64,000 nt of DNA from Chitinispirillaceae bacterium (GCA_049514575.1 JBEKUX010000009.1:15146-79145); one strand, 5' to 3'. Positions 8,516 to 19,400 are shown, numbered from the stretch's first letter. The notes: generated from the letters alone by a model not told the origin. Numbers and translations are program-made.

Positions 8516-9861
8516 TGACGACCTCCTGAAAGCGATTGTCCAATTTCCTCCATGCTCAGCCCCACCGCGCGTTCGAGCTGCGCCTGGCTGGCGAGCAGAT
8601 TCATAACAGCCATGTGATAATCAAGTTTTGCCATGAGCAGCATGCGCTGCGCGTCGAGGAGCATCAAAAAATCCTGTTTTCCGGTCTGGTAAGCCGCTAT
8701 AACGGATTGCAGCGTCTGCGTCGCCTGGGGAATAATGGTCTGACGGATTATTTGAATCTGCGCCTGGTTGCTTTCCACTTTCGCGACAGCGTCTCGGACC
8801 TGTGATGCAACCATATTGCGCATGGCGTTATAATCTTGCGTCGATTGCGACACCAGCGCTTCTGAGCTTCTAGCGCCGGCCGAAGTTTTATTCAGCGACC
8901 AAGGTGCGACCGGGATGGAAAGTCCGACCATGAGTGCCCAGTCATCCGGAAGGTCCGTCATCTGCTTATAGGTTCCCCGCACCATGAAATCAGGATAAAA
9001 CTCTTTTTTCGTTGCCTTGAGTTCGGCCTGCTGCATTGCGGTATTGAGTTTCATGGATGCAAGCTCGGGTCTGTTCACCTCGGCAAGCGACATGATAGTA
9101 TCTATAATCAATTGTAGAGACGGAGGCCGGATTTCCGGCAGCAATGGGACCACCGCATCCATCGGTTTATTACGAAGCGCATTTAACATGGCGATTGCCG
9201 AAATACGGTTCTGCTCCAGATCGATGCTGTCCTTGGTGATTAAAGATATCTCGGTTTGGGCGCGGAGGATATCGGATAGCGTCCCCATTCCTACTTCATA
9301 TTGCTTCCGCGCGATCGCCTCGAAATTTTTCAGCAAATTACATTTCTCAAGAAGTATCTCTTTCCTGCGGTCGATAAGGTAGAGTTCATAAAAGACCGTC
9401 TTTACGTCGCGGACCAAATCATCGGCAAGAGTCTTTTTGTCCGCATCCAGCATTTCCGAACGCTTCTTTTCGGCGCTTGACATCGCAGATAGTTTGCCCG
9501 GGAAAGGCAGCATCTGCTGTAATGAATAGTCGATCTCCATTTGGTTCTTCAGCGGGTTAGGAAATGATGTAACGGGGGCCTGATAGAATTCAACGCCCAC
9601 CTGCGGCGGATCAAGGCTCCTTTTTGCTGCGGACGATGCCGAGGCTGCGGCGACCTTATACCCCGCGGCCTTGAGCGAGGGATTGCCGGAGAGCGCCTCC
9701 TGAAGCAGCCCGTGCAATTGCGCATCAAAAATCTGCTGGTTTGCAACGCTGTCGATCTGAGCGGAAGCAGTGGAAAAAATGCAGAGCATGATTCCGGCAA
9801 TAAGCGACAACGCTTTTGGCAAACCGTCGACACCTTTTTTGGTTTTTCGAGCATTATTCAT
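8512..9861 (-). CDS. TolC-family outer membrane efflux protein (CusC-like)
   Basis: 449 aa from ATG 9861: MNNARKTKKGVDGLPKALSLIAGIMLCIFSTASAQ (signal peptide). It shows two repeated coiled-coil/OEP-like halves and overlaps the MFP start by 4 nt. The track start at 9966 adds an implausible leader. Confidence 0.85.
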   Translation of the reverse strand: MNNARKTKKGVDGLPKALSLIAGIMLCIFSTASAQIDSVANQQIFDAQLHGLLQEALSGNPSLKAAGYKVAAASASSAAKRSLDPPQVGVEFYQAPVTSFPNPLKNQMEIDYSLQQMLPFPGKLSAMSSAEKKRSEMLDADKKTLADDLVRDVKTVFYELYLIDRRKEILLEKCNLLKNFEAIARKQYEVGMGTLSDILRAQTEISLITKDSIDLEQNRISAIAMLNALRNKPMDAVVPLLPEIRPPSLQLIIDTIMSLAEVNRPELASMKLNTAMQQAELKATKKEFYPDFMVRGTYKQMTDLPDDWALMVGLSIPVAPWSLNKTSAGARSSEALVSQSTQDYNAMRNMVASQVRDAVAKVESNQAQIQIIRQTIIPQATQTLQSVIAAYQTGKQDFLMLLDAQRMLLMAKLDYHMAVMNLLASQAQLERAVGLSMEEIGQSLSGGRQ

Positions 9862-10018
9862 ATGAAACGCCTTTATTTCTAATGGTAGAAATGTCCAAAC
9901 AAGACTTTTAGCCTCTTCGCATAACAATATAGTAATAATGTAATTGTACGACTTTAAATAGAGCAATTATCATTCCAGATAAAGCTTTATAAATAAGCCT
10001 AAATCGCAAAAGAAGGAT

Positions 10019-10429
10019 TTAAATGCGAAGCGGACAGAATACGCGGGAACAAGAAATCGGTATAGGCGGCGGTGTCGCAGAAATTGAGGTTCGCATGTAA
10101 TTAAAGCCCTGCCAGGGCATTACAGCATGGACTGCAAATAAAAAACAAATCGACTTTAAGGTAGTATTCTCAGTAACAGAAACGGCTGTTTCGTGCCGCG
10201 CCGGCGCAGCCGGCATTGTACAATTACAAGGCAAAGTGCTTAAAGGAACGTTTTTCTGCGGTATTTGACCGGGTTTATCCGGGACATTGTGTGAACAGCA
10301 GCAGCATTTGTGCGAACCGCTCATGCAGCAGGAACAGTGCGTTGCCTTTGCGCTCCGGCACTGCGGCGCGGCAAATGCAGCACCCTGCATCATGAACAAG
10401 CATATAAGAAATGTCGATATGATACGCAT
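10019..10429 (-). CDS. Small secreted Cys/His-rich protein (hypothetical, candidate metal-binding)
   Basis: From ATG 10429: MRIISTFLICLFMMQGAAFA|APQ (signal peptide), then C-x7-HCSCCMSGSHKCCCCSH (nt 10289-10339) and PCNC. It is on the same strand as the OMF-MFP-RND genes and 157 nt upstream of them. No family recognised. Confidence 0.45.
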   Translation of the reverse strand: MRIISTFLICLFMMQGAAFAAPQCRSAKATHCSCCMSGSHKCCCCSHNVPDKPGQIPQKNVPLSTLPCNCTMPAAPARHETAVSVTENTTLKSICFLFAVHAVMPWQGFNYMRTSISATPPPIPISCSRVFCPLRI

Positions 10430-10604
10430 TTTTTTACCTATTATCAAATTTACAATATAAATACGGAATATACAAGGGGTTTATTGCGAAAGAGAAAGGG
10501 AAAACTTTAATTTGTTCTTTATTTTTCCCCTTGATTGGCATTTTCCTCCTTATCCGTTATTTATATTCCTCCTTTACCAACACTCTTTTCAAAAAGGATC
10601 TTCA

Positions 10605-11990
10605 ATGCGCATCATTGTGTCCCGGCAGCCGACTTTTCCGACCCGCCTCACGCTCCTCACCAGTGAAGAGGCGAAAAAGATTACTGATTTTTCAGGCGAT
10701 GCGGGTGAAACAACGGTCCGTTACGGGAAAGGAACGGCCGACATCTACTGCGGGCTGGGCAAAAAAACAGAGCGCACGCCGGCCGCTGTCCGTTCTGCCG
10801 CTGCAAAGGGGATCCGGATGGCGCTCGATATCAAACGCTCCGCGGTTTCACTTATCGTTCCTGCTGCATGGCAGGCAGGGATCGAAGGGGCTTTGCTCGG
10901 CGCTTACCGCTTTATCAAATACAAAAGTGAAAAGCCAACGCTCCTCGCAACGCTCGAATGCGTCGACGCCAAAATTACGCTTTCGCAGGTGCGCACGATC
11001 GAAACCGTGTGTTCCGCGGTCTCGTACGCCCGCGACCTCGTGAACGAAAACGCCTCAATCGTGACGCCGCAGCGGCTCGCGCAGGAGGCCCGCACCGTGG
11101 CAAAGGCCGGAAACCTGCGGGTCGAAATACTTGACGAGAAGCAAATTGCAAAACAAGGCCTTCATCTGCTTGCCGCAGTGGGCCAAGGCTCTGCAACGCC
11201 GCCGCGGCTGATCTTCATCGAATACACCGGCAACCGTTCCTCAAAGCAAAAAATTGCCGTTGTGGGCAAGGGCATTACCTTCGATTCCGGCGGCCAGAAT
11301 CTGAAACCCACGGGCCATATCGAAACTATGCGGCAGGACATGGCAGGTGCGGCAGCCGTGCTCGGCACCATGAGGGCGATCGCAACGATCAGGCCCAAAG
11401 TTAATGTTATCGGCTGCATTGCTGCCGCGCATAACGCCATTGGCGAAAACGCCTATTTCCCGGGCGATATTTATCCTTCATTCGCCGGAAAGACCGTTGA
11501 AATCGGTTCCACTGACGCGGAAGGGCGGCTTGTGCTTGCCGATGCAATCGCCTATTGCCTGAAGCGCTATTCTCCGGCCCGGATCATTGATCTCGCCACA
11601 CTGACCGGCGGCATTCTTCTTGCGCTCGGGGAGCTCGTTGCCGGACTTTTTTCAAACAATGACCGACTTGCCGAGGCACTGTTCGACGCAGGCGAAAGGA
11701 CCGGCGAGCGGCTCTGGCGGTTCCCGCTCTATAAGGAATACTGTGAATCGGTGAAAAGCGACCTTGCCGACCTGAGCAACCTGTCAAAATTCAAAAAGGG
11801 TTATGCGAGTTCGATCACGGGCGCCGCGTTCATTCAGGAATTTGCCGGAGAGGTGCCGTGGGCGCACCTTGACATAGCAGGAACCGCCTGGAATGAAAAT
11901 GGCGCACGGGGTGAAACGCCGCAGTATGCCACCGGTTTCGGCGTGCGGCTGCTCGTGGATTATTTGAATTCATCGGGGAAACAGAAATAG
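10605..11990 (+). CDS. pepA: Leucyl aminopeptidase (M17)
   Basis: VGKGITFDSGG and STDAEGRLVLADA are M17 active-site motifs. I set the start at ATG 10605, which has AAGGA upstream, rather than the track's TTG 10512. Confidence 0.9.
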   Translation: MRIIVSRQPTFPTRLTLLTSEEAKKITDFSGDAGETTVRYGKGTADIYCGLGKKTERTPAAVRSAAAKGIRMALDIKRSAVSLIVPAAWQAGIEGALLGAYRFIKYKSEKPTLLATLECVDAKITLSQVRTIETVCSAVSYARDLVNENASIVTPQRLAQEARTVAKAGNLRVEILDEKQIAKQGLHLLAAVGQGSATPPRLIFIEYTGNRSSKQKIAVVGKGITFDSGGQNLKPTGHIETMRQDMAGAAAVLGTMRAIATIRPKVNVIGCIAAAHNAIGENAYFPGDIYPSFAGKTVEIGSTDAEGRLVLADAIAYCLKRYSPARIIDLATLTGGILLALGELVAGLFSNNDRLAEALFDAGERTGERLWRFPLYKEYCESVKSDLADLSNLSKFKKGYASSITGAAFIQEFAGEVPWAHLDIAGTAWNENGARGETPQYATGFGVRLLVDYLNSSGKQK

Positions 11991-11991
11991 C

Positions 11992-12687
11992 ATGATTACC
12001 ATAGTCGCACACCGGGGTGCGCCGAAGCAGGCGCATGAGAACACGATCAAAGCGTTTCTGGCCGCAGTGGCTCTGGGCGCCGATATGGTCGAACTTGACG
12101 TGCGCAAAACCGGTGACGGCATTCTTGTGGTGTTCCATGATCCCTGGCTTTCGCGGAAAACGCGCAGTCCGCACATCGCTGACCTTACCTATAAGGAACT
12201 CAATAAGCGGGCCGCCCAAAAAAAGTTCAGCGTCCCGACGCTTGAAGAGACGCTTCGCGCACTTTCGGGGAAAATCATGCTCAACATCGAATTGAAAGAA
12301 CCGGGCTGCGAAGAGGAGGTCGTCCGGCATGCGCGAAAGCTCTTCAGCCTTGACAAGTTCATAGTAACGTCGTTTAATCCAGCGATCGTTGACGCCGTGA
12401 AATCCGCCGATACAAAGGTAACTGCCGGCCTGATCTGCGCAACAGAAAAAGACCTGACTGAGTGCGGAAAAACCGCGGCCGAGATCCTGGCGCCTGAAAA
12501 AAAGCTTTTTGCCGACCAGCGCCGTCTCTTTGCCGATGGAAAAAAACAGGGGAAGAAAATCGCGGTCTGGACCGTGGACAGCACAGAGCACCTTTCACGA
12601 CTGCTCGTGGACCCGGTTGTTGATGCCGTTATTACCAACCGTCCCGACCGGGCGCTGTCGCTGCGGAAGAAGCTCTGCAACAACTGA
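11992..12687 (+). CDS. Glycerophosphodiester phosphodiesterase (GDPD family)
   Basis: ITIVAHRGAPKQAHENTIKAF...ADMVELDVRKTGDGILVVFHD matches the GDPD HRG / E-x-D / HD pattern. It starts 1 nt after the pepA stop. Confidence 0.85.
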   Translation: MITIVAHRGAPKQAHENTIKAFLAAVALGADMVELDVRKTGDGILVVFHDPWLSRKTRSPHIADLTYKELNKRAAQKKFSVPTLEETLRALSGKIMLNIELKEPGCEEEVVRHARKLFSLDKFIVTSFNPAIVDAVKSADTKVTAGLICATEKDLTECGKTAAEILAPEKKLFADQRRLFADGKKQGKKIAVWTVDSTEHLSRLLVDPVVDAVITNRPDRALSLRKKLCNN

Positions 12688-12688
12688 G

Positions 12689-12952
12689 TTAAATACCTGC
12701 CCCGTCGATCAGCACTGCTTCGACTTCACGCAGTGTTTTCTCCTCATCGCCTCCGTCAACGACAATCTCTATCTCCGAGCCTTCGGTGGCGGCGAGCATC
12801 AGAAGGTCGATGATGGAGCGCGCGTCGGCGCTGCTTTGCCCCTTGCGGATCACGATTTTGGACAGGCTGTTGTTACTCTTGTCAATAATACGGCCCGCTA
12901 CGCGCATGTGAAGGCCGTTTTTGGTACGGACAGTGACTTTTTTGGTGCGCAT
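12689..12952 (-). CDS. ptsH: HPr-family phosphocarrier protein
   Basis: 87 aa. NGLHMRVAG is the His15-type site and GQSSADARSIIDLLML is the Ser46-type region. It starts 6 nt after the metY stop. Confidence 0.8.
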   Translation of the reverse strand: MRTKKVTVRTKNGLHMRVAGRIIDKSNNSLSKIVIRKGQSSADARSIIDLLMLAATEGSEIEIVVDGGDEEKTLREVEAVLIDGAGI

Positions 12953-12958
12953 ATTTTT

Positions 12959-14251
12959 TTAAACCAGCGCGAACGCTTCGTCTAACGCGTCCGTAAGATC
13001 GTCGATGTGCTCGAGGCCGATTGACAGCCGTATGAGGTCCGGCGTAAGCCCTCCGGCACGCTGCTGCTCTTCGGATAGCTGCGAGTGCGACGTGCTTGCC
13101 GGATGCAAAATAAGGCTCTTCGCATCGCCCACGTTGGCAAGGTGCGAGAACAGCCTGATATTGTCGATCACCTTGACCGCCCCGCCGTAACCCGCTTTCA
13201 GGCCGAACACCACCATGCCGCCGAACCCTTTTGAGCAATAGTTCGACGCTGTCGGAAAGGCGGGATCAGCGGGCAGACCCGGATACCTCACCCATGCGAC
13301 CTTGGGATGCTTTTTAAGATACTGCGCAACTGCAAGCGCGTTCGCGCAGTGACGTTCCATGCGCAAGGGAAGCGTTTCGATACCCTGCAGGAACACCCAG
13401 GCATTGTCCGGCGAAATGCAGGCACCGAGGTTCCGCAGCGGCACTGTTCTTACACGTAAAGCAAACGCAATAGGCGCGAGATCGGCCGGCAGATCGTGCG
13501 CCCATCTGAGCCCGTGATAATTCGGATCGGGTTCGGTAAAGAGCGGATGGCTGCCTGCCTTCCAGTCGAATCGCCCGGCATCGGTGATGCTGCCGCCGAT
13601 GGCGGTCCCGTGCCCGCCGATCCACTTGGTAAGCGAATTCACCACGATATCTGCCCCGTAGTCGATGGTCCGCAGCAGGTACGGCGTCGTAAACGTCCCA
13701 TCAACGATGAGCGGCAGCCCGTGCTTGTGCGCCACTCCGGCAATAGCCTTTATATCGGTAAAATCAAGAACCGGATTGCCGATAGTTTCGATGAAGATCG
13801 CCCGTGTTCCGGCGGTGATCGCTTTTTCAAAATTCTTCGGTTCGTGCGGGTTCACGAACTTCACCGTGATGCCGAGTTTGGGGAGAATGGCGTCGAACTG
13901 GGTATAGGTGCCGCCATAGAGGTTGTTGGCCGAAACGATTTCATCGCCCGCCTGCGCAAGGGTAATGATCGCATAGAAAATTGCTGACGTCCCGGATGAA
14001 AGGGCGATTGATGCCGCGCCCCCTTCGAGAAGCGAAAGCCGCTGTTCAAGGACATCGGTGGTAGGGTTGCCGAGCCGCGTATAGATGTTCCCGAGTTCCT
14101 TAAGGGCAAAAAGGTTCGCCGCGTGTGCGGTGTTTTTAAACACATAGGACGAGGTGCGATAGACCGGTACTGCACGTGAAAGCGTGGTCGGGTCCGGCGC
14201 CTGCCCTGCGTGCAATGCAAGCGTCTCAAAACGGTATTTTTTCGAAGTCAT
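12959..14251 (-). CDS. metY: O-acetylhomoserine aminocarboxypropyltransferase / sulfhydrylase
   Basis: 430 aa. FETLALHAGQ at the N-terminus and NSLTKWIGGHGT (PLP-lysine motif), typical of the Cys/Met-metabolism PLP family MetY/CysD type. Confidence 0.88.
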   Translation of the reverse strand: MTSKKYRFETLALHAGQAPDPTTLSRAVPVYRTSSYVFKNTAHAANLFALKELGNIYTRLGNPTTDVLEQRLSLLEGGAASIALSSGTSAIFYAIITLAQAGDEIVSANNLYGGTYTQFDAILPKLGITVKFVNPHEPKNFEKAITAGTRAIFIETIGNPVLDFTDIKAIAGVAHKHGLPLIVDGTFTTPYLLRTIDYGADIVVNSLTKWIGGHGTAIGGSITDAGRFDWKAGSHPLFTEPDPNYHGLRWAHDLPADLAPIAFALRVRTVPLRNLGACISPDNAWVFLQGIETLPLRMERHCANALAVAQYLKKHPKVAWVRYPGLPADPAFPTASNYCSKGFGGMVVFGLKAGYGGAVKVIDNIRLFSHLANVGDAKSLILHPASTSHSQLSEEQQRAGGLTPDLIRLSIGLEHIDDLTDALDEAFALV

Positions 14252-14321
14252 ATATCGTACCTTTCTGTCGTTCGGTTTTATCTTAACTGAAAACTGATAA
14301 CTGTCGACTCATGACAGCGGG

Positions 14322-15242
14322 TCACTTCTCCCACAGCCAGGTGCTTAAGTACCGCTCGCCGGTGTCCGGAAGCACTACAACGATTAATTTGTTTTTATTC
14401 TCCCCGCGTTTTGCAACTTCCAGCGCTGCCCAGAGCGCGGCGCCGGAAGAGATGCCGGCAAAGATCCCCTCTTTGCGGGCAAGTTCACGCGCAATTTTTC
14501 CGGCGTCCTCGTCTTTTACCTTGATGATTTCATCAACGACGCTCCGGTCGAATATGTCAGGGACAAAGCCTGCGCCGATCCCCTGAATGCCGTGCCGGCC
14601 CGGCTGGCCGCCGGACAAGACAGGCGAGGTATCGGGTTCAACGGCAATGATTGAAACGCCTTTTTTCCGCTCCTTAAGCACCTGCCCAACGCCGGAAATT
14701 GTGCCGCCGGTGCCGACGCCGGCGACAAAAATATCAACTTTGCCGTCAGTGTCGTTCCATATTTCTTCTGCGGTTGTGGAACGGTGTATCGCAACATTCG
14801 CAGGGTTCTTGAACTGCTGCAGAATGACGGCATCGGCATTCTGCTTAGCCAGTTCCTCGGCTTTTTCCACAGCGCCCCGCATGCCCTTCGGACCGTCGGT
14901 GAGTACGATCTCGGCGCCAAGCGAAAAAAGGAGCTTGCGTCGTTCCACACTCATGGTCTCTGGCATGGTAAGGATGAGCCGGTATCCTTTTACCGCGGCC
15001 ACAAAGGCAAGCGCAATGCCAGTATTACCGCTTGTCGGCTCTATGAGGACGCTGCCTTTTTTCAGAATTCCCTTTTTCTCTGCGTCCTCGATCATGGCCA
15101 GCCCTATGCGGTCCTTGACGCTGGACATGGGGTTGAAAAATTCCAGTTTTACGACAATTTCGGCGCAACCTGAATTTATGTTGTTGATCTTAACGAGAGG
15201 GGTGTTTCCGATAAGCTCGGTAATATCACGGGCTATTTTCAT
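14322..15242 (-). CDS. cysK: Cysteine synthase A (O-acetylserine sulfhydrylase)
   Basis: MSSVKDRIG (PLP lysine), [10 protein letters not shown] and [10 protein letters not shown] motifs; 306 aa. Confidence 0.92.
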   Translation of the reverse strand: MKIARDITELIGNTPLVKINNINSGCAEIVVKLEFFNPMSSVKDRIGLAMIEDAEKKGILKKGSVLIEPTSGNTGIALAFVAAVKGYRLILTMPETMSVERRKLLFSLGAEIVLTDGPKGMRGAVEKAEELAKQNADAVILQQFKNPANVAIHRSTTAEEIWNDTDGKVDIFVAGVGTGGTISGVGQVLKERKKGVSIIAVEPDTSPVLSGGQPGRHGIQGIGAGFVPDIFDRSVVDEIIKVKDEDAGKIARELARKEGIFAGISSGAALWAALEVAKRGENKNKLIVVVLPDTGERYLSTWLWEK

Positions 15243-15256
15243 TGGGCACCTTCCTT

Positions 15257-15323
15257 GTTAATATACAATTAAATTTACTATTGTTTATAATGTTTATAAA
15301 CTATTGTTTGTTTAATATACAAT
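15257..15323 (-). promoter_or_regulatory. AT-rich direct-repeat cluster upstream of cysK
   Basis: TTAATATACAAT at 15258-15269 and 15312-15323. CTATTGTTT at 15278-15286 and 15301-15309. Tandem TGTTTATAA at 15282-15290 and 15291-15299. All lie within the 156-nt gap 5' of the cysK ATG (15242). Confidence 0.4.
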
Positions 15324-15398
15324 GTTTCATAAGGGGTGTCAAGGGTATTTTAAAACCCCTCAGGGGTTCGTTCATCGAAAAACGACGCGCACGCTCCG

Positions 15399-16253
15399 TC
15401 AGCTGCCGATGACCTTTTTTACTTTTAAAAACGTGCCTTCCTCATATTCCTTAAAAGCAAGGTCGCATTCCGCCTCGGTATTCATGACAATCGGGCCGCA
15501 CCATGATACCGGCTCGTTGATGGGTTTGCCCGATACAAACAGGAACCTCGCCGGAACGTCCTTCGTTTCAATTTTCATCTCGCCGTCTCCGGTCCGGTAT
15601 ACCACGCCCCCGTTTTCGACCGGACCCTGAAAATATGCCCTGCCTTCAAAAACGTAGGCAAACGTGCGGCACCCTTTTTTGCCCGCATGGATAAAATCGG
15701 AATGCGGCGCAAGCGCGACATCCAGATACTCGACATCCACGACAAGATCGCTCGCCGGTCCGGTGATGCCGTGATAGGTTCCTGCAATGACTTTCACCCT
15801 TGCCGCGCCGACATCGACATTCGGCACGGCCGACCCGAGAATGCCGCGGTACCGGGGATCCATCATCTTTTTTTTGGCAGGCAGATTGACCCAGAGCTGA
15901 AACCCGTGCATGAAACCGTCGAACCGCTGAGGCATCTCCTGATGAACAATTCCGCTGCCCGCAGTCATCCACTGAATATCACCTGAGGAGATCGTTCCTT
16001 TATTTCCCAGACTGTCTCCGTGTTCAACGACACCGTTTATCATATAGGTAACGGTCTCGATGCCGCGGTGAGGATGCCAGGGAAAACCCCTGATATAATC
16101 AGCAGGGTCATCCGAGCCGAAATGGTCCAGCAGTAAAAAGGGGTCAACGGCAGGTACCGTGCTGAAACCGAAGATACGATGTAAACGCACGCCGGCCCCG
16201 TCAACAGTATCTCTTCCCTGCAATTTTGCGGCTATTTCTTTTAATGCTGCCAT
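15399..16253 (-). CDS. Pirin-family cupin protein
   Basis: FPWHPHRGIETVTYM is the pirin signature, and the protein has bicupin length (284 aa). Start set at ATG 16253, preceded by GGGAGGAAA. Confidence 0.88.
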   Translation of the reverse strand: MAALKEIAAKLQGRDTVDGAGVRLHRIFGFSTVPAVDPFLLLDHFGSDDPADYIRGFPWHPHRGIETVTYMINGVVEHGDSLGNKGTISSGDIQWMTAGSGIVHQEMPQRFDGFMHGFQLWVNLPAKKKMMDPRYRGILGSAVPNVDVGAARVKVIAGTYHGITGPASDLVVDVEYLDVALAPHSDFIHAGKKGCRTFAYVFEGRAYFQGPVENGGVVYRTGDGEMKIETKDVPARFLFVSGKPINEPVSWCGPIVMNTEAECDLAFKEYEEGTFLKVKKVIGS

Positions 16254-16422
16254 TTTCCTCCCACCCGTTATTGAGTACTCTGCGAACCGCCTTAATAGTA
16301 AAGCAATTATTATTCCAAAGCAGCCCGGCATTGATTTGGATTAATACCCCACGTTACTGTGGTGGTTTTCTTAAAACCGCAAACAAATTCCCGGTTCCAG
16401 CAATCCTATAAAAGAAGCGCCA

Positions 16423-19400
16423 TTATTCAGCCACCTTTACCCTGATCCCTTCAGAATGGCTTCCGAATTCCGGCGCATACATGCACTGGATCGACGTTAT
16501 TCCGTTTGAAAAGTCGCCCTTATGGGTGACGACCAGCTCGTATTCGAACACGTAGGTGCCTTTGTTAAGGTACGAAATGAAAAAGTGCGTGGCCAGGTCT
16601 CGCGTGCTTTCGTAATAACCAAGGCCGTCCTGCCACTTATACCCGGAGAGAACGTTCAACGGCTCAAACCCTGCGGCCCGCATGTCTTTTAAATGCACGT
16701 ATTCCATGTCGCGGTCGATGCGCAGTTCGATCCGCACCGTTATTTTGTCCCCGATTTTTAAACCGCTCTTTTCCGTAACCGGGTCGAGCACCGGACCGCG
16801 GTCGCTGTTTCGCTTGACAAACAGCTTTTTGACCAGCCTGAGGGGCGTCGCGGCGCCGGTGATTTTGTCAAGTTGTTCGAAATACTGCCAGTAGAGCGCT
16901 CCCCAGGCAACGCCGGACGATCCCTTGGTGACCGTTATGGTGCCCATTTCCGGCTTGATCTCGCCGCCGCTCCACGAGGTCTTGAAATACCCTGTCCCGG
17001 CCTCAACGCTTTCGTCCTTCAGCTTTTTCGGGTCAACGACAAGGGACCCGAGGGCCACGGTGACGTCGTTTCCCGCTGCAAGCAGGTCGGTTCCGCGCAG
17101 CAGCAGCGCATAGCACGCCTCAGCGGTGGCCTTGGTGGTTTTCCAGTTCTGCGTCTGCTTGCTTTTCAGGAGCCACACCTTCATGGCCTCGACCGATGCA
17201 GTGTCGTGCGCCACTTCGTCGAACGCCTCTATGTAAAGCGCTTGGGTCTCGATGGGCGCTTCGTACCAGTGATAGCCCTCGTACATTTCCTTCCAGTACA
17301 TGCCCATCTCCTCGCTCGAAAGGGAGTTCTCTTTGAGCGAACGGATGATGTGCTGCGGCAGATCGAGGACATTCATCCGGTGCAGGGCCAGCGCGATCAT
17401 GGCCTGGAGGTAACGGTTGTTTCTGATCCAGTATTTGACAGCCTGCCCCTTGTAATAGTCGTAGGCTTTCCGATTGTGTTCATTGACCGGCAGGTCACTG
17501 AAAAACGACCGCGCATAGAGGTACTGGATCTGCATATATCCCAGATTGTTTGAATCAGGCGTTCCATGCGCCAGCACCCACTCATAGTCTTCACTGATGC
17601 GGTCGTCAAGGTAGTGCAGGCCCTTCTCCACCATGTTCCGGCAATCACGGTCATCGGTCAGGGCGATCATCTTCAGGTTCCGCAGACGGCCGAACCCGGT
17701 AATGATATACTGGGTGATGAACCGGTCGTCGGGCATGCCTTCAAACCAGGGCCAGCCGCCGCTTGCGAGCTGCATTTTGGCAAGCCTGCGTTTGGCTGCA
17801 TCCAGCTCATTGGACATCCTGTTTAGGTCGAACAGCAGGCCGATCCGTTTTTTGCTTTCAGACTCGTTCTTGCCCTCGAGCACCCACGGCGCCTCTTCGA
17901 GAAGAGCGCTTTTAAGCTCCTGGTTCTTCTCCAGGTTCGAAAGCAGGGCTCCGGACGCGCTGCTTTTCCACGAATCAAATACCGCCTTGATCTTTGGCGT
18001 TGAGTTTGCTATGCCGGTCGCAATGGTGTTGGCGTAGTATCGGGCAAAGGTCTGTTCCGCACACTCATAGGGATATTCCATAAGATACGGCAGCGCCTGC
18101 ACTGCATACCAGGCGGGATTCTGCGTGAATTCAAGCGTCAGTTTATGGTTGCGAAGCGTGGCGGATTTGCTGTTTTGCGAAACCAGTTTTCCGAAAACGA
18201 ATTTCTTCGTCCCCCTGGTGCGCATAGGTAAAGGCATGGTTTCGGTGACGAGCATCCGGTTCGTTACGAGCGGCAGCGTGTTCTCTTCGCCGTCGGAAAA
18301 ATCGCCTGCCTTTGCCACAATCCGCGCTGCCACGGCCGGAACATTTTCGGGAACGCTGATATCCCAGCCCACGGCGGTGGACAGCCCTTTGTTGATCGTT
18401 ACGTTTCTGACCGGGCTTGTATTACCGAAGAAGGAGTCAACTGGTTTCATGGTGGTCGCGTCAAAAAGCATGAGCTGCGCCGATCCCGAGAGATCCTTGC
18501 CCGAGAGGTTGGTGATTTTTGCGGACAGGGTGATCCGGTCGTTCTCCCGCAAAAAACGCGGCAGATTGGGCATGACCATGAGGTCCTTCTGGGTGACGAG
18601 TTCTTTTGAAACCATGCCGTAGCAGAGGTCCTTCGTATGGGCAAACCCGAGCATTTTCCAGCGCGTCAAGGCTTCGGGCATGGTGAAGGACACAACGACC
18701 TCGCCCTTTTCGTCGGTGGTAAGATGAGGGTAGAAAAACGCGGTCTCATTTAGGTTGGTTCGAGCCTTGACTGTTGACAGTCCGCTTTCCTGGACCTTTC
18801 GTGCCGCAACCGGAGCAGAAACTTTTAGTTCCCCTCCGGCCGCTGCAGAAGCGACGTTAACCGCGGTTTTTTTTAAGGCCATGGCCTCCCCTTTTGCCCG
18901 TGATGCCTCCGGCGCGGGCGCCGCCATCGGAGCTGCTTTATCCTCTTCCTCAAACGCCATTCCCAGCCTCGCACGGCGGCCGCCATATCCCCCACCGTAA
19001 TAATACCCGCCTTCAAACCCGAACCAGTTAAGGTACGGGTACTGCATTGACGGAGAAGAAGCGCTCTCGTTCCATCCTTCGCTGAATACCTGTGCGGCCG
19101 CAGCGCCGAACTGGCTGCTCATGTCCCACAGAAGGACCGAACCGTAACAGGGGTAGATGTCGAACTGCCATGAGTGCGGCCTGAACGCATCGAGCGAGGC
19201 GTCATAAAGGCATGCCACCATTTCGGCAGCAACCTTGTCCCCTTTCTTTCCGGTAATTCTGATTCTCCACTCCTCTTTCTGTCCCGGCTGCAGTTTGTTC
19301 CGGAACGTCTCAAACGTGATCGCGAGGTCCTTGTTGGTCCAGGGCACCGAAATCGTCTGGTCGTGCCGGTAGCTGCGGCCGTTCTTCACAAAAGTAAAGT

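Noticed and set aside
14252-14321. Possible SAM/S-box-type riboswitch ahead of metY, or a T-box/other leader ahead of cysK or glyA.
   Set aside because: The spacers are too short (70 nt, 156 nt AT-rich, 98 nt) and lack the multi-helix GC-rich architecture these riboswitches need.
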